From positions 1 to 64,000 of the forward strand of contig CDMY01001057.1 of assembly GCA_001179505.1 (NCBI GenBank): 64,000 nt of DNA, given 5' to 3'. Shown here piece after piece: positions 24,819 to 33,958 of this stretch. The translations under genes were made by a program, and so were the position numbers. The first letter of the stretch is position 1. Each line of letters begins with the position of its first letter. Below the pieces are notes generated by a model that worked only from the letters and a program-made list of their open reading frames with translations, searched no databases and had not been told where the DNA came from. Origin of the DNA: Vitrella brassicaformis CCMP3155. Lineage: Eukaryota; Protista; Chromerida.

Positions 24819-27117
24819 ATGGCGTCGGCTGCCCATGATGGCAGTCACCCCGCCACACCCCACAACCCCAGGCAGCAGCAGAACCCTCCCCAGCCCTCTG
24901 CTCGCCCTGCTGACCATCGTAATGCCTCTGAGTCAGTCCAGCAGCAGCTGCAGCAGCAGGAGCTGTCGTACCTGCCCACACCCAGTATGGAGGAGCCGGC
25001 CGTCACCGACAAGACCGACAAGACGGCAGACAAGCCACAAGCGGAGCCGTCGCCCGCACCAGCTCCAAAGGATGAACCAACTGAGCCCGCCACCGTCAGC
25101 CCACCAAACGAAGACGCCGATGAGGCCAACGACGCAGTGCCAATGACGAGGGAGGGTGGCAACGGTCAGGGCCGCCGCAGTGCAGTGGAGCCTGCAGCTG
25201 CTGGTGTGGAGCAGCCGGTCGTCATCCCCGCTGCTGCTGGTGTTGGTGCTGCGAGGGGACGCGTCGTCGTCGAGGACGCCCAGGCGTCCATCCGCACCAA
25301 AGACGGCAGAGAGCCGGTGAGCACTGCATGTCTTGGGATGGGGATGAGCAATTTGGTTCTGAGTCTGGAACCTCTTGGTCCATGTGTTTCGTTGCATTTC
25401 GGCTGTGCAGATGAAGCGGCGCCTGACCCAGCAGCAGTGGGAGGACGTCGTGATCGAGTGCCGCGTACGTATGCACACGTCATGTCCACAGGGAAGGGGT
25501 GCAGCTGCACAGACCTTGATGACATTGTGTGTCTTGTTCTCTTTGTGTACCTACCGCTGCAGAGGGCCGTGGCCAAGGCCGTCGAGAGCACCACCCTGTG
25601 CGTCGACAGCACCATCCCCACTCGTGAGGGGCTCCACGGGTTTGTGGAGGTGCTGTACGACACCACCACCAAAAGGCGGCTGGCTTACAAGATCTTCAAA
25701 CACTACGAGTGCGACGGCCGGGTATGAAGAGCGAAGAGTACCAACGGGGATTCCTGCATGTGTGAAGGTGCGGCTCCCCTTTGTGTGTGTGTGTGTGTGT
25801 GTGTGCAGGATGAGGAGGGCTTCGTGATTAACGGGTGGGACCTGGCCGCTGCCGTCGACGTGCAGCATGACAACGTCATCGCCGTCCCCCGCACCCTCAA
25901 GGTGCGAAGCCGTCACGCCACCGTCAAGGTGGTCGTGATGGCTTTCTGCAACGGTACGTGGCAGAGATTCCGAGCAATGCGATCGTCCATCGGTGCACAC
26001 ACATACTCTTCGCTTCTCGTTTGTGGTCACTCACCTTCAGGCGGCACGTTGGCGGACGACGGCTTTGTCGACGTGCTGGGGGAGGAGAGGGAGCCGGTGC
26101 TGATGCCGCTGCTGCGGCAGGCCCTGCAGGGCCTCCTGCACCTCCACAGCAAGCGGCTCTGCCACACCGACATGCTGGTAGGTGGAAGAACGACTCGCAT
26201 ATTCATTGGTCCACGCTGACTCACAGCGCTCTCATTGCGTGGTTCAGGGGGCCGAGGACTGCCCCGGCGGGAATCTGGCCCTCAGCATCGACACCGTGTC
26301 ACGGGAGGGGAGGCTGGTGATAATCGACCTCGACAGGATGGAGCAGCACGAGGAAGCGGAAGAAGACGACTTCGTAAGTCCATCAGCCAGGATTTGGAAA
26401 TGGGACGCTAATCACTTTCCCCTTTCGTTGCTCTCTGCCTGTCTGTCTGTCTGTCTGTGTATGGGTGAATGTTTGCAGCGATACGAGACCAAAGCTGACT
26501 CCAAGGCTGTCGGGTTCGTTTTCGACCACCTGCTCGGGGACAGGAAGGTGATATACACACACACGGCAGAAGCGCCGGCATGAGTGCACACTTCATCAAT
26601 ACCATGAATGCGTGCAGAGCGAGGAGGGCGAAGAGATAGTGCACCGCCTCAAGGGCGCCATCTACAGAGCTGAGCAGGTGAGGACACAGAGGCTCGCCTA
26701 ACCACACATCCACACATAGGTGTGGTTTACCCTGCACACACCGGGTTGCCTGTGTCTCTGTCGATTTCATTCACTCAGGCCGTCGAAGAGATCAACGACT
26801 ACTGGATGCCCAAGCACGGCCACCGGGCGTCCACAAAGGTGGACTTCGTCCCCCTCCCGCCCCTGCCCAAGAAGTCCTAGCTGAAGCCGCTGTCATCGTC
26901 CCCCGCCGCCCCGCCCGACACACCGCCCCCCCAGTGGGTAAAGCCCCACAGGGCGGCCATCCCCACACACGAGGAGCTGCGGAGGAGGGAGGAGAGGGCG
27001 TGGAGGGGCAGGTGGGATGGCGGCATGGTCAAGGGGGCGACGGCCAAGGTGGACACAGGCCTGCGCCGGCCAGCGGCCCGCCCCCCACCAGCCCGCCCCA
27101 GCCCCAGCCGACAATAA
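24819..27117 (+). CDS. Highly divergent protein kinase-like protein (probable pseudokinase) with a low-complexity N-terminus; TAG at 26878-26880 precedes a further 78 open codons
   Basis: Degenerate kinase motifs in the correct order: REGLHGFV (Gly loop), LAYK, HDNVI, VVMAFCNGGTL, QALQGLLHLHSKRLCHTDM..GNL, LVIIDLD. Confidence 0.65.
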
Positions 27118-27640
27118 GAAGGAGATGGAGAGCGGTCCGCCTACACAATCGCAGCAACAGGGGCTGACTGCGCATGTGTGAGTTTGTCTGGGTGTGAGTT
27201 TGTCTGGAGGAGTGCTTGGCTGTGAGTGTGCCGCGTGTGGCGGTTGAGACACCGGAGTTTGGAGCCATGATGGCAGTGGTATGAATGCTTTGAAAAAGTG
27301 AGATTCAGTCCATTCACAAAACACCACGATCGACCGTCCCGTCACAGCACGTCTCAACACGCCACCCAAACCCACAGAGATACACACCCACACACACACA
27401 CGCGGCAGGCAGCACTCTCAAAACCAAAAGCCGCCCTGCTGCCTCGAAAAGAAAACCCGTCACGTCAGCCGGCCAGCCAGTCTGGGTTGCTCTGCCCACC
27501 AATCAGTCACCCCGCCCCCCCCTCTCCCTCTCTCCCTCCCTTCTACGTGTGGATGAATTCATGAATGTATCCATCTGTGTGTGTTCTTTGTATCGTGTGT
27601 GTCCTGGGTATTGAGCATTGGTATGTGTTGCGTTAGTTGG

Positions 27641-28594
27641 TTAGTTCTCTTCTGCTGCTGAGAGAGCGGCTGCGGCGGCCGCGGGCCCCTCGGCGGCGGG
27701 CGACTGCTGCTGGGTGGCGGAGCGCACCACGTGGTCGAAGTACTGGGGTGCCTTCTCCCGCAGTCCAGCGATCTTGTTGGAAACGCCGAAGATGTCCTTG
27801 AACCAACTCAACTCACCCTGCACGCAAGCACAACACACCACAGCCCGCCACTCTCTCTCAGTCTCTCTCTCTCCTTGTGTGTATGTGTGTGTCGTGTGGG
27901 TACCTGAGTGGTGATAGTATGCAGCCCGCCGTCGAACCCCTCTTGCTGGGGCTCGGGAGGCTCCAGCTGGGCCTCGTACTCCTTCAGAATCTGGCGCGCC
28001 TCCATATCGCTCCATTTGGCTGCAGTCACAGTGCATCCACCCATCCAGGAACAGAATGGATGTGTGTGTGTTTGTGTGTGTGTGTGTTGGTGTGTGCGGC
28101 TCGGCTGAGTGGCTTACGTCCGCCAGATGGTGGCGGTGTGCGGTCTCGTGAGTTGGTGTTCTTGCGCGCCCTGATCTGCTGCCTGCATTTGTCGCACAGA
28201 CACATACACACACACATTGTGTCTGTGCTGGCTCTCGTCCCCCTCTCTCTCTCTGTGTGTGTGTGCGTGTGTGTGTGTGTATGTGGTTGGTGGAGGGGTG
28301 GGGCTTGATGTATGTGCAGACGCGTACAAACAGAAGTATGAGTCGCGGTCCAGATGCGCCAGCGCTATCTCATTCGAACCAATCCTGCAAAGGCACAAAA
28401 CACCTCAGTGAGACAAATTGCCGGCATACACACATGCGGCCATCGTCTTCCCTTGCTCTCTGTTCTCCTCCGTACCCACACTGCCGCCCCACGTCCGTCC
28501 ACACTCGACGGTCGGCGGTGGTGAGGTTGGGCCGGTCGACGATGACCTTGTGGCAGTGGCCCGTCTCCGACAACAACTCCTGCACCTCTGGAGC

Positions 28595-28625
<31 letters not shown>

Positions 28626-29521
28626 AGAGAGAGAAAGGGGAGGGATTGACACTCACGGGATGGATGGCTGGAGTGTCGGCTTACTGGTTATGCATGCCTG
28701 GTCGTCCTTGACCTTTCCTGTGATCGAGACCATCTTCCACCCGCGCTCGGCGAACGAACGGGCCAGCAGCGTCTTGCCTGACAAACATATACACACGCAT
28801 ACCAGAATACCCATAAATTCGCCATCCCTTGGTCCATCCGTGTGTGTGTCTGTAGTGTACCTGCGCCCGGGTAGCCCATGAGGACCAGCAGCCTGATGTT
28901 CTGCGTCTGCAGGAACCGCAGCAGCAGGGCCTTCTCCGCAGCGTCGAGTGCGTCCTCCTGCAGCACCACCAGGGCGTCGTGCACCTTGGCCTTGAGCTGC
29001 TCTTCGCTCCCCAGCAGCACCAGCAACTCAGGGGTGTCCATGTCCATCATCATGCCAGTGATCTGACACACACACATCCGTCACACACACATGCGCTGTG
29101 TCCATCCATCCAGCCATCGGGTCTGGTGTGGCCGTGAGGTGAGCTGAGGTGCGCATTTCACTGCACCTTGGCGGCGAGGTCGGGATGTCGTTTTGCGATG
29201 AGTGTGTGGAGTTCCTCGCCGAGGATGGCCTTCTGTTGGTCAGCCAGGGAGGCACCGAGGCCACCCACAAACGCATTATCCACCTGTACACACGTCATCC
29301 ACCCACGCGCAGGACGAGCAATGTGTGTGTGTCCATGTATGGGCCTTAGTTGATAGTCCCTCTCAGCGTGTCTCTGCCCGCCTTCTCTTCCTGCTCACCG
29401 GCGACAGTTGGTTGGCAGCCTGGCTGCTTGACGCGCTCGCTTCGTCAGCCTCACCCCCTCCCACACCCCCAGCACCATCCCCACTGCCGACCCCACCGCC
29501 GCCCCCGCCGCCCATGGACAT
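27641..29521 (-). CDS. MLLE (PABC) domain + P-loop polynucleotide-kinase-like (AAA_33/Trl1-kinase-type) fusion protein
   Basis: [24 protein letters not shown]|[34 protein letters not shown] matches MLLE. It is followed by [10 protein letters not shown]|GKT (Walker A), [27 protein letters not shown] and LEPP..EGF. Confidence 0.8.
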
Positions 29522-29550
29522 GGTGGTGCCCGTCGGCTGTCCCGGCTGGG

Positions 29551-30112
29551 TCAGGGGCGCTTGACCCTCTGGGTCTGGAAGGGCGACAGGGATTCCGCTC
29601 CTGAACGACACGCCCCCAATGAAGAACAAAGACAGGCATGGTATGGATGGCTGGATGGATGGATGGATGGCTGGATGGATGGATGGATGGATGGATGGAT
29701 GGACGGGCCGTGTCCGTTGGGTGACCGTGTTGTGTTGTGTTGTGTTGTGTATGTACCGTCGAACACCCGCATGATGGAGTCGATCATTTCGTCCGTGAGG
29801 TGGGTGGCCTTGTGGAGCTTCTTGAACCTGGCGCTCTTCTCCTGCGGGTCCACTGATGCCATCTTGATCCTCTTTATCTCCGCCCACAGCTGTGCCGCCT
29901 TATCCTCAGCCGCCGACCTCTTCATCGCATCCCTCTCGGCTGCATACCACAGCACCACAGAAAGCGCCACTGCAACCCTTATCTGCCATGGATACTGATG
30001 CACTTCCGTGCTCACCTTTGGCCTCGGCCCTGCGCCTAGCTGCCGCCGCGAACAGATTCGGCGCCGGGGGAGCCACGCCCTTCTTCTTGTAGGAGATACA
30101 CAGCCGCGACAT
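29551..30112 (-). CDS. Small basic helical protein, left copy of an inverted paralogue pair (3 exons)
   Basis: MSRL..|..[48 protein letters not shown]|[15 protein letters not shown]. Intron positions match the 30845..31408 copy. Confidence 0.6.
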
Positions 30113-30145
30113 GGAGAAACACCAACAAGCTAAGAGAACTCCACA

Positions 30146-30807
30146 ATGCTACCTGCAACCACATGTACATTCAGAGATGCACCCACAGAAGATATGTATG
30201 GATGGGATCTCGGTGATCTTGGCGTATTCGTCCGGCTTTCGGGCGCACATGTGTGTGAGCGAGTGTGAGGCGTGCATTCTCACCGGCGATGCTGTTCTCG
30301 CGCAGAAGGGCGGCCTTGCTCTTCGGAGAGCCGGTAGGGCAGCCGTTTGATGGGACCCGTCAGTGCAACGACTGCTGCCTGCAGCTGGCGAGGGAGGGCA
30401 CTCCAGGCAGACGGATATGAAGCCTTTCGGGTGGTGGAAAAGGCCCGCCGATGTGAGAATACGACAGAATGGGAGAGCCTCACTCCTCTCCTCCCGTCTG
30501 TGCGCGTCTGCGCCTTTTCCTCTCACCCCGGATGCGAGCTGAAACCCTAATCTCGACAACCCGAGACGGCGACAAGAAAAGGTGACGAAGTGTTATCATG
30601 CCCATCGTTTTTCGCTCTCGTGCGATGAGAAAAACCTGCCACTGCCCGCAGGATGGCGCCTTCTGAGGTACTTTCTCCCTCGAACCCGTCACTCTTCAGC
30701 CGCGCCATCAGCTGTGCCGGACCGAATGCCCCAAGATCACCGAGATCCCATCCATACATATCTTCTGTGGGTGCATCCCTGGCTGTACATGTGGTTGCAG
30801 ATAGCAT
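30146..30807. repeat. 85-bp inverted repeat (30146-30230 vs 30723-30807) upstream of both paralogues
   Basis: Manual alignment gives 79/85 identical bases. The blocks sit 33 and 37 bp upstream of the two ATGs. Confidence 0.92.
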
Positions 30808-30844
30808 TTCAGAGGTACAGTAGCGTTTGGGTGGCGTTTTCGTA

Positions 30845-31408
30845 ATGTCGCGGTCCTCTGCCCCTTTCCCAGTCCTCGCCGCCCGGCTGCAGAAGGACCC
30901 GGCACGTCGACACATGAGCAACGCGCAGAAGAAGAAGCAGTCCCAGGGTGAGGCGGGTGGGTTGGGCGGCTTGCGTGACCATTCATGTGGCCATCGGCGG
31001 CTGTTCTCTGTCTGCTCTGTAGCCAAGTCGCGTGCTGTCCGCGAAGCTGAGGCCGAGAAGCTGGCGGCACAACAGTGGGCGGAGATAGACAAGATCGCGG
31101 AGGCGTCAGTGGACCTCAAGGAGACGCGGGAGAGGTGGCGGGAGATCGACCAGATCAAGACGGCCGCCAACATGAGCATGAAGGAAAAGGGCGAGGCGTT
31201 CAAGCGTCTCAATAGCGGCACCCATCTCACCGACGAAATGATACAAGATATCATCAAGTTCTTCGTCGGTACAGAACCATCAGTCAGTCAGTCCATCCAT
31301 CCATCCATCCGTGTGTCATGCCTGTGTTTCTTCATCGTGTGTGTGCTGTTCGCAGGGTGTGAGCACCTCTCCCCGTTCAAGAAGCAGCAGCTCAAGGCGG
31401 CACCCTGA
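30845..31408 (+). CDS. Small basic helical protein, right copy of the inverted pair (3 exons)
   Basis: MSRS..|..[48 protein letters not shown]|CEHLSPFKKQQLKAAP*. Confidence 0.6.
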   Translation: MSRSSAPFPVLAARLQKDPARRHMSNAQKKKQSQGEAGGLGGLRDHSCGHRRLFSVCSVAKSRAVREAEAEKLAAQQWAEIDKIAEASVDLKETRERWREIDQIKTAANMSMKEKGEAFKRLNSGTHLTDEMIQDIIKFFVGTEPSVSQSIHPSIRVSCLCFFIVCVLFAGCEHLSPFKKQQLKAAP

Positions 31409-31780
31409 CCTGGCCGGCAAGGTCAGGAGATACACACACCTCACCCCCCACACACACCACGCCAGGTGTAACTCACCGCTGCTGCTGGTGTTGGTGCCGG
31501 GAGGGCACGCATATGGGTGTGGTTTACCCTGCACACACCGGGGTTGTCTGTGTCTCTGTCGATTTCATTCACTCAGGCCGTCGAGCAGATTGACACCAGA
31601 TGGATGCCCAAGCACGGCCTGCAGGCCGTGACGAAGGACAGCGCCACTGAAGCCTCTATCGTCGCCTCGCCCACCACTCCGCCTCAGCCCGCCGACACAG
31701 CAGCATTGCTGCCTACATTTCTTATCCCATTGTCTGTGTTCTTTCCTGTATCCATTTCTGTTTGTCGCAGTTAGTTGTTG

Positions 31781-31837
31781 GGGCACCACACGGATGGCTG
31801 TCCAAGATCTCCTTAGGGAGAAGGGCATCGGGATGGC
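31781..31837. repeat. 57-bp dispersed repeat, second copy at 58280-58336
   Basis: gggcaccacacggatggctgtccaagat..gggagaagg..catcgggatggc, 53/57 identical, same orientation. Confidence 0.85.
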
Positions 31838-33380
31838 GACCCACAATGTGTGATCACGACGAAAAGATGTCACGCAGCCACACACGCACCTGCGATGTCA
31901 TTCTGTTGCGGTTGCAGGCTGCGCCTTTTGCTCTTGGTCCGGGACTCTCAACTTTGGGAACTGATGGCCGGGTGGACAGATGTATGCGTGTATGGCTGCT
32001 GGCAGTAGACGTGAGGGAACTCAGCCAAAGGATGGAAAGATTGCGGACGAGAAGACAAGTGTGTGTACGATAAGGGAAAGGGAATTAAGGGGGAGCGTCG
32101 GTCTTCTCTCGTGTTTTGCCGTGGGGGGCCGTCAGACAGACGAGCAGTCGCCACTGCTGCTGTCGCGAACAGCCCGCGGTGTCTCCGATGGCGGTCGTAC
32201 GCGTCTCTCCGTCTGTGAGCAGCTGAGTGGCGCTTCCTTCTTGACGGCAAGAAGAGTGCGTGGGTGGGTGGGTGGGTGGGTTGAGGTGTTGGTAGATGGA
32301 GCGAGGCGATGTGTGACATGTGGTGGCGAGGCGATGTGCGTGTGCATGTGCATCTTGGATATGACCTGCAGGTGGGTGTTTGCGTCAGTGACGTTAATCT
32401 AATCCCCCTGCATTTCTGTTGGGTTCGGTGTGTGTGTGTGTGACCGGCGGGGAGGGTGCGAGATCAGATCGTCATGTGTGTGCGACTTTCGCTCAATCGT
32501 CTCGACTTGTGCTTGACTGACCTGAATATCGTACAAGTAAGTCATCTAAACACGCACACATATATGTGAGTATGAACTGAACAAATCGTTCGACGGAAAA
32601 CGGCACACTGTAGACGTACAGACGGTTCGCCCTCCACTACAGTACCACTGCCACCTCGTGTGGTGCACACAAGGAATTAGTTAGAATAAGGGTGGCAGCC
32701 TTATGACAGCCAGCATGAAAAGGGCCACCAGGACCGCAGCGACACCACCGCCCACCACCGTTACGTTACAGCGACTGCCAAAACTCTGACACCCCATTTC
32801 TTCAGAGGCTCTGCACACACACACACACACACACACGAACACACATATATGCAGAGAGAGACAGAGAGAGAGCCGTGTGTGTGTGTGCGAGTCTGCGTGC
32901 CTTCTGTCTGCATGACGAGCTGCTGCCGCCATTCAAAGAGGGATGAAGCCCATGTCCTTCGCGAGTGCATCCAGCTGCCGGTCCACCTCAGCTATCTCCC
33001 TGTACACATCGACCTTCACACACACACACACACACACAGCCGTACTCCGGCATCTCATCTCGCTTGACCTCACCGACCTTGTCGGATCTCATCGCAACGA
33101 TGTGGTTGGCACGACGGCTGGGGCGGCCGGGTGTGTTGCGGGAGAGGCGGACTGCCGGCGGGTGCACGCACAGCAGCAGATCTCAGCCAGGGGAAGAACA
33201 AGAGCATGACCAAAGAGGATCAGCACCAAGACGGACAAGCTCCACATCAGTGCAACAAGGCCGTCGTCGTCAGAAGTCGGCTATTGATCAGCTGCAGGCC
33301 GCTTGACGCAAGAACAACAATGGGCGCGAAGAATCTCATCTTGCTGGTGCGTCCATCACAACCGCGCTCACTGTCGGCAG

Positions 33381-33413
<33 letters not shown>

Positions 33414-33958
33414 CTAGAGGGCCAATGTCAGATCTTCGTCCCATGCCGGATTTGCTCTGGACTCGCAACCCAGTAATAATAATCGCTGCTCATCATCCCA
33501 ACATACATAAACACTCGCTGTCGGTGATTATTGCTGCAATGGCCGAGCTCATGGAAGGAAAACCCCATAGAGCCCGCGGAATGAGTGGTGGATGTGTGTC
33601 GCTGGTTGGATGCTGCTGCTCGGGCAGGCGCCGCACACGCAATAGTCAGGGACCGAGAAAGTCTCACTGGTGCATACTGCATCAGCGAGAAAGCAACACG
33701 CACCGCTGCCTGCGTCCATCCATGCAGCTATGTATACATTAGCATGCAAGTCATGCGGTCGGTCGGTCGGTCAGTCAGTCAGTCATGCGCGCAGCCTGTG
33801 ACGCAGGCACATTTGCAGGCAGCAGCACGACATGCCACACCACACCGATAGACAGCCAAAGATGTACACAATGATGTATGTCGGTGGGATGTCCCGAACC
33901 CAAAAAAGAAATGACAGCAACGCTCTCACCCAAACACCCAAACGTCCACCTCACTCAC

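Larger units (their letters stand above)
26719..31619 (+). repeat. Dispersed duplicated intron-end + exon cassette (26719-26821 and 31516-31619)
   Basis: Shared ggtgtggtttaccctgcacacaccggg..gtgtctctgtcgatttcattcactcag|gccgtcga..tggatgcccaagcacggcc. Confidence 0.9.

Noticed and set aside
4943-27117. Ciliate-like reassignment of TAA/TAG to an amino acid, suggested by in-frame stops at 4943 and 26878
   Set aside because: Conserved genes end at TAG (SDR, 62626) and TAA (PAN, 63051), and long conserved ORFs contain no internal TAR codons. Isolated lesions explain the data better.
29545-31420. Conserved programmed +1 frameshift at CCC-TGA in both paralogues
   Set aside because: The right copy needs +1 to reach HPDLAGK but the left copy needs -1 to reach the MLLE frame, so there is no shared mechanism.
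31900-33400. Possible small minus-strand gene(s), e.g. MWSLSVLVLILFG.. and VDVYREIAEVDRQLDALAKDMGFIPL*
   Set aside because: I could not build a phase-consistent exon chain or find any homology, so it is left unannotated.
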